Positions 1-11,500 of a stretch of 16,000 bases of DNA are shown piece by piece (position 1 is the stretch's first letter; every line of letters begins with the position of its first letter). Under the pieces are notes generated by a model. The model searched no databases and was not told the origin of the DNA. It saw only the letters and a program-made list of their open reading frames with translations. Location: NCBI GenBank assembly GCA_000388065.2, contig KB932201.1; one strand, written 5' to 3'. Source of the stretch: Fonticula alba ATCC 38817 (lineage: Eukaryota > Protista > Nucleariida). The position numbers and the translations under genes are program-made.

Positions 1-2035
1 GGCCAGGCTGACGTATGCTCGGCTTGCGACATGGCGTGTGGCACGTGCTCCGGCCCCGGGCCGGACGGGTGCCTGGAGCCGAATTGCGACCAGCCGGGCA
101 AGTGCCCGGGCAACTGTGCGTCCCTCTTGAGGGTGGCCCCTTCTGTTGTTGGATGGTTGGTTTGAGTCTCACCTTTGACATCGCGCTCCTGCCTCTGCCC
201 ATTCCCTTGTTTTTCCGTTCGCCCCCTGTCAGCCTCGCGGTCGCTCATCCTGGCCATCGTGCTGCCTCTTGTCTTTTTGCTCCTATTGCTGGTGCTGGCG
301 GTGATTCTGGTGTGCCTGCTGGCTCGGCGCAGGCGGCGCGAAGCCGCCAAGCAAGGCCAAGCCATCCCGATGCAACACATCGGCGACCCGGTTCGTGCTC
401 CCCCCCCCCCCCCTTTCCCCTCGCCCTGGCCCTTTCCCGCAGGATGGGAACGATCGCCGCTGACACCACTTGCGCAACCGGTGCATCCTGCAACAGGAGG
501 ATATGACCGTGATGAATACGATGATTGGTGCGTGATCTCTCACACACACCCATGCCCTATGCCCCCATGCTCCATGCACTGACGGTTATCCTCGCAGAGC
601 TTTCGCTTCCGGGCCATCTTCTCCTCAGCCCGGGCGTGGACTATCGCATCGAGCCCGGCTGCAAGGAGCTCGGCAAGGGCGCCCAGGCGGTGGTCCTGCC
701 GTGCACACTGCTACGCACGGACCTTTGTACGGCGGCCGGCGGCGATGCCGGTGCTGTGAAGATGGTCCCAGCGGGTACGCGCGCCTACCCAATGCCCCTC
801 GAGTTTCCGGCCGACACCCGACTGACGAGAAATACCTGGCAGATTCCTCCCTCCGGACGCAATTTGAGCCGCTGCTCGACCAGGAAATTGCCATCCTCAG
901 CATCCTGCTGGCGGACGGGGGGTCGCCATTTGTGTGCCAGCTGGTTGGCTACTCGGCTGCCCCGAGCAAGGCCCTGGTGATGCCCCACTACCCGGGGCTC
1001 CTGTCGGANNNNNNNNNNNNNNNNNNNNNNNNNNNNNNNNNNNNNNNNNNNNNNNNNNNNNNNNNNNNNNNNNNNNNNNNNNNNNNNNNNNNNNNNNNNN
1101 NNNNNNNNNNNNNNNNNNNNNNNNNNNNNNNNNNNNNNNNNNNNNNNNNNNNNNNNNNNNNNNNNNNNNNNNNNNNNNNNNNNNNNNNNNNNNNNNNNNN
1201 NNNNNNNNNNNNNNNNNNNNNNNNNNNNNNNNNNNNNNNNNNNNNNNNNNNNNNNNNNNNNNNNNNNNNNNNNNNNNNNNNNNNNNNNNNNNNNNNNNNN
1301 NNNNNNNNNNNNNNNNNNNNNNNNNNNNNNNNNNNNNNNNNNNNNNNNNNNNNNNNNNNNNNNNNNNNNNNNNNNNNNNNNNNNNNNNNNNNNNNNNNNN
1401 NNNNNNNNNNNNNNNNNNNNNNNNNNNNNNNNNNNNNNNNNNNNNNNNNNNNNNNNNNNNNNNNNNNNNNNNNNNNNNNNNNNNNNNNNNNNNNNNNNNN
1501 NNNNNNNNNNNNNNNNNNNNNNNNNNNNNNNNNNNNNNNNNNNNNNNNNNNNNNNNNNNNNNNNNNNNNNNNNNNNNNNNNNNNNNNNNNNNNNNNNNNN
1601 NNNNNNNNNNNNNNNNNNNNNNNNNNNNNNNNNNNNNNNNNNNNNNNNNNNNNNNNNNNNNNNNNNNNNNNNNNNNNNNNNNNNNNNNNNNNNNNNNNNN
1701 NNNNNNNNNNNNNNNNNNNNNNNNNNNNNNNNNNNNNNNNNNNNNNNNNNNNNNNNNNNNNNNNNNNNNNNNNNNNNNNNNNNNNNNNNNNNNNNNNNNN
1801 NNNNNNNNNNNNNNNNNNNNNNNNNNNNNNNNNNNNNNNNNNNNNNNNNNNNNNNNNNNNNNNNNNNNNNNNNNNNNNNNNNNGCGACACGGGCAGCGAG
1901 CCGGCCTGGATGGCGGAGTATCGTCAGATCTACCGCGGGGCATGGGCGGCCGATCCGCTTGAGCGCCCCAGTGTGACGGTTTTGGCCGAGGCATTGGCAG
2001 GGTTGCTGACCACGAGCCAACAGGCGGCCCCTTGA
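1..2035 (+). CDS. 5'-partial single-pass receptor-like protein kinase (furin-like Cys-rich ectodomain, TM, TKL-like kinase). Exons <1-115, 233-390, 497-527, 598-774, 843->1008, gap, <1884-2035
   Basis: Manual splicing gives one continuous frame: CSACDMACGTCSGPGPDGC (furin-like), TM LILAIVLPLVFLLLLLVLAVILVCLLA followed by RRRRR, EDMTVMNTMIELSLPG, G-loop ELGKGAQAVV, AVK lysine, alphaC DQEIAIL, subdomain V LVMPHY, and after the gap subdomain XI AWAADPLERPS, then TGA at 2033-2035. HRD/DFG would fall in the gap and cannot be seen. Confidence 0.85.
116..232 (+). other. Spliceosomal intron, phase 1 (kinase gene)
   Basis: GTGCGT donor, pyrimidine tract, CAG acceptor. Removal skips an in-frame TGA and joins the Cys repeat to the TM exon (T|CC = Ser). 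Confidence 0.8.
391..496 (+). other. Spliceosomal intron, phase 0 (kinase gene)
   Basis: GTTCGT donor, C14 run at 400-413, CTGAC at about 460, CAG acceptor. Joins GDP|EDM in frame. Confidence 0.7.
528..597 (+). other. Spliceosomal intron, phase 1 (kinase gene)
   Basis: GTGCGT donor, CTGAC at about 579, CAG acceptor. Restores MI-E-LSLPG. Confidence 0.8.
775..842 (+). other. Spliceosomal intron, phase 1 (kinase gene)
   Basis: GTACGC donor, CTGAC at about 822, CAG acceptor. Shifts frame to join AVKMVPA to DSSLRTQFEPLLDQE. Confidence 0.85.
1009..1883. other. Assembly gap (875 N)
   Basis: Run of N; it hides the kinase catalytic core. Confidence 1.
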
Positions 2036-2832
2036 GTGTTGCAGAGCACTCGAAGGCCCGGGATCTTTCACAGCCAACATGCAATGCACTTTCTTCCCAT
2101 ACACTCATTGTCTCCTGGTGCCTGTGTTTCGCTGTTTCCTCCCCCCCCCCCCCCCCCGCGCCTCGCCCTCGGGTGTGGTCACGCCAGCCAGAGGAGTGAA
2201 TTAAGCCTGCCGTTAATTGACACGAGGGAGATTGTCTCACTTGCAAGGAGAGCCCAATTGGGCTAGGGTTACACTTACTCGCGGGCGATTTGACCATTCT
2301 GCTGCCGGTCGGTGAGCGCCCGAACGATGGTCGGGTGGCCTCGAGGCTCATTGTGCGCTGGGAGGTCGCGTCTCGTCCGGAAGGGCACCAACTGGCGGGC
2401 CGACGGGGCCAGGCCGTCTTCCTGTGCCCGGGGGCATCACGGCGGTCACAACCGGACAACTTGCTTGTGTCTTTGTCAGGAGGGGCCATCAGACCCGGTC
2501 CCGGGGGACGGTCCGAGAGGTTGGTGTCGGCTCTTGCTGGATGACCACTCGGGTGGTCCTCTGGTATCTTCTGGCGTGAAAGGGATCGAGCAGGGTGGCG
2601 GATGAAGAGGGGCGCGTGAAGGGCGGGGGGGGGGGGGGCGCACAGGCGAAGGAAACGCCGGGACAAGATGCTAAAAAAGCGGGCCGCGGCCGAGTAGAAG
2701 CCGCTTGAGGCAGGATGCAGCAGCCTGAAGGTGGGAAGGCTGAAAAGGGCGCAAGCCCACAGAGAGCCGAGCTGCCAGAGAGAGAGCGGGCAAGAACTTG
2801 GTGCATTAACTGGGAGTCAAGCAACATGTCCA

Positions 2833-2911
2833 GGTTGGATGGCCGAGTGGTTAAGGCGCCAGTTTAAGGCACTGGTGGGAAACCGCGTGGGTTCGAGTCC
2901 CACTCCAATCA
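2833..2911 (+). tRNA. tRNA-Leu: tRNA-Leu(AAG), 79 nt, intronless
   Basis: Acceptor GGTTGGA/TCCAATC plus discriminator A; A-box TGGCCGAGTGG; anticodon stem CCAGT/ACTGG with loop TTAAGGC (AAG at 2866-2868); variable arm TGGGAAACCGC; T arm GTGGG-TTCGAGT-CCCAC. Confidence 0.96.
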
Positions 2912-2919
2912 CACATTGC

Positions 2920-2926
2920 TTTTTTT
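2920..2926 (+). terminator. Pol III terminator (T7)
   Basis: Oligo-T starting 9 nt after the tRNA 3' end. Confidence 0.8.
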
Positions 2927-4025
2927 GCCGGCCCCCCGTGGATTGCAGAGGAACCGGGTCTGTGGGGAGGAGGGGTCTTCCTCCGTATGGTATTTCCTCC
3001 GGGCCTCGGTCGCGTGCGACAGGGGCGGGGTATTTCGGCCGGATGGGGGGGGGGGGGGGGCGGGCGAAGGATGCCCCGGACAGGAGGAGGCTCGGGCACC
3101 CCCCCCCCCCCCCAAGAGGACGGCCCATTGCGGTGGGCGAGAGGCGACACTTGCCCGGCTGAGCGTGCATGTACACGCATGCGCCCGAGGCAGCCAACCA
3201 AGCGCCCCACGTGCGGCCCCTGATCTTTCCACCCCAGTTCCTGCCCCGGTCGGGTCCGCCGCAGGCCGCCGGTCCCGCCGACGCCATGGCGAAAGCTGGC
3301 ACCTGGTGTCAAGTGCCAACCTTCATGGCGCCTACCCCTGGATCCGGAGGCGAGCCCCAGCCTGCGGCCGGGGCGCTTCCGCGCGCGCCTCCACCGGGCC
3401 GGCTCCGGTATGTCCCTCGCTCCGTGCCCCGTTTGAGAAGCCACTTTCTCTCGCTTCTCGGGCCAGTCCCCGGAAGGGGGGGGGGGGGGGGGCGTATCGC
3501 GGCGGCATATGCGCCCCGGGCCGGCAGACCAGGGCACCACAGGAGGCACGGTGGTCGCGGTTGTCATCGCCACCCGGCTGGGGGGGGTGCGGGGGGGGGG
3601 ATATCGGCGCAGTCAACCGGCCGCGAGGTCTGGGCGCCGATTCCCACAGGACAGTCCCACATTCTCGCCCGGCCTGTTTGGGGGGGAGGGGGGGTGATCG
3701 CCGAAGTGACCCCCGCAATCCCTCCCCCCCTCCGTGGCCACCTGCGAGGAGGAGACCCGGCCCCAGGGCCCAGGAGGCGCCCGGGGAATCATGCAGCCGG
3801 CCCGGGGTAACTTGTGTGGCGGCTCCCAGGCCCCCGCACCCCCAATCATCGCGCACCCCCCATCCCCCCCCCCCCCCCCCCCCCCCCGCCCCTCCGCCCG
3901 GCCCCCACCCTGCCCCCCCAGCTTCTGGTCTGCGGGGGCCTGTCTGCCTTTTCGTTCGCACCTCTCATCCCTCTCTCCCCCCCCGCCCCCATCTCCCGAC
4001 TCCCGTGGACGCCCACGCCCGTGCT

Positions 4026-7000
4026 ATGAGCATGCGGCCTTTTGGGCCTCGCTCCCGGCCGCCACCCAGCCGGCCACCTGCGATGGCGCTGCTGCTGCTG
4101 CTGCCACTGTCGATGCTACTGGCACTTGCGAGCCACCCCTCCGCGGTGCTGGCACATCACCCGACGTCGCCACCCCCGACGCCCTTCAATCCGGAGTACC
4201 ATCTGCTGCGGCGCATTGCCCAGGCACCAAGTGCCCTGCCCCCGGGGGATGTCTCCCGAGCGGACATTCGCTTCTGCGACTTCTTCGATGCCGACCGCAT
4301 GATCCTCGGGCCGGGGGATGGCCGAGATGACCTGAGCTACTTTGGCTCGGTCTATACGACCGGCTCATCCGACAGGCCGGCCCTCTTCCTGTCCGGGTCC
4401 GATCGGGCCGCTTGGTGCCCGGATCGGCGCTTTGTCGGCGATCTCGCGACGCATCCATTGATCCGGCCCGATCCGGTGATGTCCAATGCCTTTGGCCACA
4501 CGGTGGCGGTGGCCGGCCTGCAGCCAAGCACCCTGCTGCTGGCCGATGGCGCCGGCCGGACGGTCAGCCTCCCGTTGGACTCGCCCGTGGAGCCGGCCCT
4601 GCTGGCTGACCGCCATGATCCCCGGCCTGACCGGCCGGTTTTGGTGCTATCCATTGACCGGTCGCACGAGGGGCTCACCTTGCGCCCTCTCGGCCCGATG
4701 ACCGCCCACCCGTTGCCCGTGCGGCACTTGGCCCCGCAGCTCGGGCGGCTGGACTTCCTCCGGGCCACGGACATGGATGGCGATGGCCGAGCGGATGCCG
4801 TGCTGGTCGCCGAGGCCCCGTCCCCCGGCCCGCTTGCCGGGCATTCTCCCACCCAGCAAAGTGTCTTTTGGCTGAGTCAAGTCGGCGCCCGAGGCCAGGT
4901 GGCCCACTTGCAGGAGCTCCTCCGCCTGCCGGCCGGCCTGCGCGTTGGCCAATTGCTGGTCGGGGACTTCGATGGAGACGGCCTGCCCTCGGATCTGGCC
5001 ATCATCTCGGGCCTCGGGTCGGGCATCCCCCCGCGGGTGACACTTCTCCTGTCGTCCAATCTCGCGGCTCCGGTGACCCTGCCGCTGGGCGACATGTCGG
5101 CCAATGACCCGGCACTTCGAGCCACACCAGCGGCACAACTCCATCCCAAGGCCGCCACCGGCCGACTGAGCGGCCATTCCGCCGACGACTTGGTCCTGGC
5201 ATTTGGCTCGCGGGTGTGGCTGCTTCCGGGGCCGATCCGCCCGGACGCCCAGCCTGCCGAGCGCGGCCTCAAGCACGCCGGCGCACGCCCCCTCTTGCCA
5301 GACCACTCGTCCACGTCGGGCGTCTGGCGGTCGGTGGCCATTGGCGACTTCGATGCAGATGGCCACCCGGACTTGGCCCTGGCCCATTCGACCACCGGCG
5401 GAGACATCTTCCTCCTGAGCCAGGTGGCTGCCACGCCCCGGTGCCTGTGTGGCCCGGCCGGCGTGTGCCAGCGCGCGCGTGGTGCCTCCTTCTACACGGC
5501 CCCCACATGCGCCTGCGAGGACCCGAGCGCCGACCCGGACTTCCCCCTGGCCCCGTGCGAGTTTTGTCGTGTCGGACACTACCGTGCGCAAGGTGCGTTT
5601 CCCCCCTCGCGGCCGCCCTGCCTGTGGGTTTTCTTCTGGTGGGTGTCTCGCTCCTCACTGGCATGCTTCCTCTTGGCTTCTCTCGCCTGGCCCTCCTTTT
5701 CCCGTCCCCTCTCCTCCCTGTGTGTCTCTGACCCGCCCCCGCCCCCTGCCTCCCGCCCCCCGCCCCCCGCTCTCCGCCCCCCGCCTTCCGCCTTCCGCTC
5801 TCCGCCCCCCGCCTTCCGCCCTCCGCCCCCGGCTCTCCTGGCTCTCCCGGCTCCCCCGCTCCCCCGCTCCCCCGGCTCCCCCGCTCCCCCGGCTCCCTCG
5901 GCTCCCCCGGCTCCCCGGCTCTCCCCGCTCCCCCGGCTCCCCCACTCCCTTGAAGACAATCGCTGTCGGCCCTGTCACAGCACCTGTCGAGCATGCTCCG
6001 CTCCCGGGGAGTATGCATGCACCGGATGTGCCGATGGTCGTTTCCTCGAGGCCGGTCGATGCCGGAGTACCTATCACCAGTCTCTGGTGGATGTGTCCAC
6101 TCGGCGCCCGACGTCGGTTTACTACCAGGCGGTGCCGGAGTTCCTGCACTACATCTTCGGCGCCGAGGCGCTCGAAGTGACGCAGCCCCACACCGCTGGA
6201 CCGGCCAATTTGCCCACCATCCAGGAGCTGGCGGATGTGGAAACACTGCGGCTGCCGTCTGGCTCCTTGGGCAATCACCCCGAAGGGTTGCTCCTCTTCC
6301 CGGCCGAGGGCGACCAGACATCTGCCAGTGGGGTGGCCTTGGCCTTCGCGGTCCATCCCCTCGGTGGGGATCTCCTGATGGAGAAGATGGAGGCCCACGC
6401 CGCCTGGCAGCCGCGCTACCTTCGGCCATTGTCCAATCCCTCGACGGGGCCCACGGCTGTCGTGCTGCCGGATGATGAGCATATGCTTCTTTGCTCGGGG
6501 CCCCACCCCAAGGACGCGCCCCTGTGCACCGGGGTTCATCGAGCTGGCCTGCCGACAGCCGGTCCTGGCCGGCCGCATGCACAACACTTGCGCATGGGCC
6601 ACATCGCCGGGGGCCACCTGGCGGTGACGCTGCTCGGCTGGCATGGACGTCGGTGGCTTGCCCCGGCCAAGGCGCATGTCCACTCGACCGCATGGCTGGC
6701 ACTGGACCAGGACCCGGGTGCCAATCAGCCCGAGCGCCTGGTCATGCTGGTCAGCACTTCCGGCAAGCCGGATGGCAAGAATTGCCAGCTGCTTTGGGTG
6801 CCGGCCACCAGCCATGAGCACCATGCCCCGGCCGGGACCACCCTCGGGCTGCCGCTCATCGAGGGGGATGTCCCCTGCGGGCAGCTCCATGTGGTCGGGT
6901 CGATCGCCGGGCCGCGTCCGGGGCTTCTGCTGGCGGTGAACCAGCCGAGCCCCGGGTCGCCGCTTTTGTGGCTCCTGCGCAATCGCGCCCTCGGTCAGGA

Positions 7001-8534
7001 GCACCGGCCGCGCTTTGACCGGCCGATCGCGGTTCTGTCTCCCAGCCACTTGGGCTACGCCAGCAACCGAGCCCCGAAGGCCTTTGCCGTGGAGGTGAAT
7101 CCCCGCCCTGCGCCGGCCGAGGTCCAGCGGCTGTTCCTGTGGGATGGTCAATGGGCCTTCGTGGCGGATTTGCGCCAGACCGACAGCAGCGACCGTCTGG
7201 CTGTCAACCTGGAGCCCTTTGTTCCGCGCCACCAGGATGGCCGGGTCTTCGCGGCGCTGGCCGACAATCCCACGGCCACCCGGGTGCGGGCCTTTGCAGC
7301 GGAAGGCCCGGACGCCCCGCCCACTGTGGCCCTCTACAACTCGGTGTCCGGTGCGCTGGCGGTCTTTCGCCTGGCTTCCCCCGAAAATGGCTGTGGATGC
7401 GGCATGGTCGGGCAGTGTGACCTGCCGGCCAAATGGCGTCTTCAGCTTGAACGGGGCGATTCGCTGGCCGATGCCCTGCACGGCGGCGGCGGCGGCGGCG
7501 GCGGCTCGGGGAACCCTGCTGCCCCGACCAACCTCCAGGTTTCGGACTTGTGTCGGTGCTCGTCCGGCCTTGCCAGCTTGGGGTCGGACGTGGCCCCCCT
7601 TTGCACGTGGTGCCTATCGCGCGATGAAGATGGTGGTGCGCTCCCCCCCCCCCAACATGCGGCCACTTGATTGCTGGCCCTGCATCGGCCTCTTTTGCCT
7701 TTGTTTACTGACCTCTTGATCTCCGAATGTGCGCACGCACGCGCACACGCACATGACATCGATGACACCACCCTCACCGCCATCCTCCTGACAATAGTCT
7801 GCACAACTTGCCACTTCGAGCAATGTCGGCTGTGCATTCCGGAACGCTGCCTCGAGTGCGAGCCCGGGTTCGTGCTGACCACGGATGGCCAGTGCCGGAC
7901 AACTTGCTCGGACACCGACGACCAGCCGTCCGAAGGGGGCCGCTGTGTTGAGGCCTTGCCTGGTGAGGTGTTCGAGCTGCTGGATGACTTCCCGCTGCAT
8001 GATTCGTGGGCTCAGCAGCAAATCGCTGGGCTGCACTTTACTCGTCCGGTTCGCCTGGGCGCCGACGCCGGGGCTCTGCAGCCGGTGGCCGCGGCGTCTC
8101 CGCATCTGCTGGTCATGTCACGCAGTGGGTCGGCCCTTCGGGCCGATGCCATCTTCGTGCCAGTTGGCCACCTTCGCGTGGATGGTCTGCCGGCCCAAAC
8201 GCGTGTCATCAGCGTTCCGGATGTTGTGCAGCATCTTACCGCGGAGAATGGCTGCCCTCCGAGCACCGGCGATGAGGAAGACAGTGAGGCCCAGGACAGC
8301 GACGCCCGCAGTGACCAGAGCGACGAGCACAATGATCAAAGCAGCGGCGATGACGGCCAGAGCAGTGGCGATCAGAGTGACAGCGGCCATGAGACTGACG
8401 GCGGTGGTGACAGCGATTGCGGCGATGATACCGATGACGACGACGACACCGACGACGACACTGACGACGACACCGACGACGACACTGACGACGACACCGA
8501 CGACGACACCGACGACGACACCGACGACGACACC

Positions 8535-8572
<38 letters not shown>

Positions 8573-11500
8573 CGACCAGGGCGAGGACGACCAGGGCGGC
8601 AAACCCAAGCCGGGCAAGCCACGCAAGCCAAAGCATGGAAATGGCGACGATGATGATGATGATCAGGGTGAGGACAATTTCGCCGCCCTCGCCACCGCCA
8701 TGAACTCGGGGGACCTGGTGCCGGCACATGCTCTTATTGGCACCCCTCGGGCATTTGTCCCCCGGCCTTGGCTGACGCGTCTTCAGGAGAAACGCGCGGC
8801 CAGTCGAACGGCAGATCTTGACGCCCCGGCCGCCCCGACCGACGAGCATGGCGACGACATGATGCATATCCTCCTGCCATCGAATGGGCCCCGGTCGGCG
8901 GTGGAGAACTTCGTCTTTGGCGATACGGCCACTTTCGGGGACATCATCCTCCAGCTGTCGAGCGACTTGAGGGTTGATTTGTGCCCCGGCGACACGCGGG
9001 TGCTCGCCTTCCGACAGGGGCAAGCCCTTCCGGTCACGCCGCAGGTGGTGCTGAAGTCCCTCCTGCCCAGTGCGGCGCGTCGGCCGGGTCCCGCGCCCTA
9101 TGGCCCGACCCGGCGACACATGCTGACCCTGCCCCTGCCAGAGCCACTGAGCGAGTACCTCTTCCCGCTGCTCCACCCGACCACCGAGCGCCATCCCTTC
9201 GTGTTCTTGCTCGCGCGGCTTGGTCTGTACGGCGTCCGGTCCCTGGTGACGGTGGCTCCGGCGGAAATCCTGGGCCTGGAGCCGCCGCAGGCGAATCCCA
9301 CCAATTTCGTGTACATCGAGCAGCCGCTGCAGTATGAAATGCCGCTGCATTGGGAGTCGGGCTGGCTTCCGGGGCTGGCCACGCCGGACCTCTTCGTGGC
9401 GCTGGCCGTGTCGGACTTGACGACCTTCATGCCGGAATTGGCATCTGACCCTGCGGCGGCCCATGCCCAGTCGGAGGACTCCGGCTCGCGGCCAAGCTCC
9501 AACACGCCGGCCGGTGTGCTGCTCTATTCGGCCAGCACGGGCACATGCGTGATCCCCCTGCCGTCGGCGCCCGAGAGCCTGGTCCAGCCGGTTGTCTATC
9601 GGCCGACCCTGGGGGATCGGCCCTGGCTGGCATTGGCCTGGTCGGACGACCGGCCCAACAGCATCACATTGCATCCGATGGAGTGTCTGCTCGAGCGTGC
9701 ATGCTGGCATCCCGGCATGGATCAGCCCTGGCTTGATACGCCGCCCGGGTCGGGCCTCGTGGCAGGCCGTCCGGACTTCGGCGGCTGCCCGGTGTTGGTC
9801 CTGGAGCCGGCTCGGCTCTACTACGCCCCGAGGTTCTGGACCATGGACCTGAATGGTGATGGTCGGAGGGATTTGGTCGTCATGTGCTCCAAGGCGGGCC
9901 ATGTGACGGGCTACGTGCACCGGAGTCCGGTCGAGAAGTCCTTCCGGCGGGTGCCCATGCGGCCGCAGCGGCCCTTCCTCGGCGGGCCGATCGATTTCCA
10001 CTTGATGGATTTGGATGGCGACGGCCAGGTGGAACTGCTGGAGGTCGATCGTCAGATGGCCCCATTGCTGGTGGAAGTGCGTGTGTTTGGTCGGCCCGGC
10101 CCGGGGCCCGTCGCCTGTGCCGGGCACCTGCGCCATGTGGATCCCCGGCGTCCGGATGCCTGTGAGTGCATCCAGCATGCCATGCCCGTGCATCCGGGGG
10201 CCGATGATTGTGCCTGCCCGGTGGGCATGGCCCCGGAGCTTGGGCGCTGTGTCTGCCAGCCGGGCTACCTGCCGGTGGCTGACGAGTCGACCGGCATGCC
10301 GGTGTCGCCGGCTCGGTGTGCGGCCTGTCCCGGGGCCGGCTGCGCTGCCTGCTCGGCCACGCGGCCTGGTCTGTGCGCTGCCTGCTCCGGGGGGGCTGTC
10401 CTCCAGTCGGGCGCCTGTGTGGCCCAGTGCCTGGAGGGCTTTGCCCTGGCAAATGATGGCCGCCAATGTGTCCCTTGTCTCGCGGCCACGACCGAGGCCG
10501 GGAAATGCCCCAGCTGTGTGGGGAATCGCTTCCTTCCGGCCGGGGTGCCTGGCCAGTGCCACGATTGCCATGCCGCGTGCGCCGGCTGCATGGGCCCCTC
10601 GGCGTCGGAGTGCATCCAATGCATGGGCGGCTGGCTGCGAAGCCCCTCTGGCGAGTGTGTGCGCACATGTCCCGAAGGCATGGGCCCGGCATTTGTCGGG
10701 TCCGCCGATTGCCGGCCATGTGCCGATGCCGGCTGCATGGCTTGCGAAACGGCCCAGCCGGATGCCGTGTGCCGGGCCTGTCGAGCCGGCCTCCAGGCCG
10801 ACCTTTCCGGCGTGCAGTGCATCCGGTGTGACAGCTCGTGTGCCACCTGCACCGGGCCCCTGGCCACCGAGTGTCTTACATGCACCGGGAAGCTGCTGCT
10901 GCATGGGACTACCTGCGTGTCGACCTGCCCGAGTGGGACATTCCGTCCGAGCGGTGCTCCCGGGTGTGTTCCCTGCTCGGCTGCCTGTGCCACCTGCTCC
11001 GGCTCCCCGACCAAGTGTCAAAGTTGCCTGCCGGGCTGGCGCCTGTCCAAGGGCAATGTCTGCACCCCGCCGGCATGTCCCACATGCACCTCTTGCGACT
11101 CGTCCTGTCAGGCATGCCATCCCGCCGATGATGGGGCTTGCTTGGCCTGCCGGCCGGGTAAGCTCCTGTCTTTGGATGCCACGTGTGTCGATGTCTGCCC
11201 GGCCGGGACATACCCCGCGCCGGGCGGGGACGCGTGCCTGCCCTGCCATGGGTCGTGTGCCACATGCACATCGCACTTGGCGGGGGCCTGTCTGTCCTGC
11301 CCGGCGGACCATGTCCTTGAGGGCGGCCGCTGCCTGCCCTCCTGCCCCTGCCTGGGCTTCTTCGAAGTGGCCATGACCCTGTCGGAAGGGGGCCGCGAGT
11401 GCCAGGCATGTGCTGCCTCCTGCTTGACATGCACCGGCCCGGGGGAGGACGAGTGTGACGTGTGCCCGGCCGGTGCCTACCTGCATGCTGGCCGGTGCCT

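Noticed and set aside
2251-2270. 14-bp perfect palindrome AGCCCAATTGGGCT overlapping a telomere-like TAGGGTTA
   Set aside because: Single occurrence with no array or second copy; cannot be distinguished from chance.
3287-3420. Possible small upstream exon (ATG 3287 with a GTATGT donor near 3408)
   Set aside because: No matching acceptor or coherent product found; unsupported.
2916-4025. N-terminal 370 codons of the 1584-aa track ORF
   Set aside because: Starts at a TTG inside the tRNA trailer, runs through G/C homopolymers and has no domain signal. A signal peptide appears only after ATG 4026/4083. Stop-free runs are expected in GC-rich DNA.
5593-5955. Extensin-like Pro-rich/TM domain in the ORF translation
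   Set aside because: Better explained as an in-frame intron; the lack of stops follows from the lack of adenine. Kept only as a retention hypothesis.
7452-7463. RGDS integrin-ligand motif next to a Gly8 linker
   Set aside because: About one RGD is expected by chance in a roughly 2,900-aa Arg/Gly/Asp-rich protein; no conservation evidence is available.
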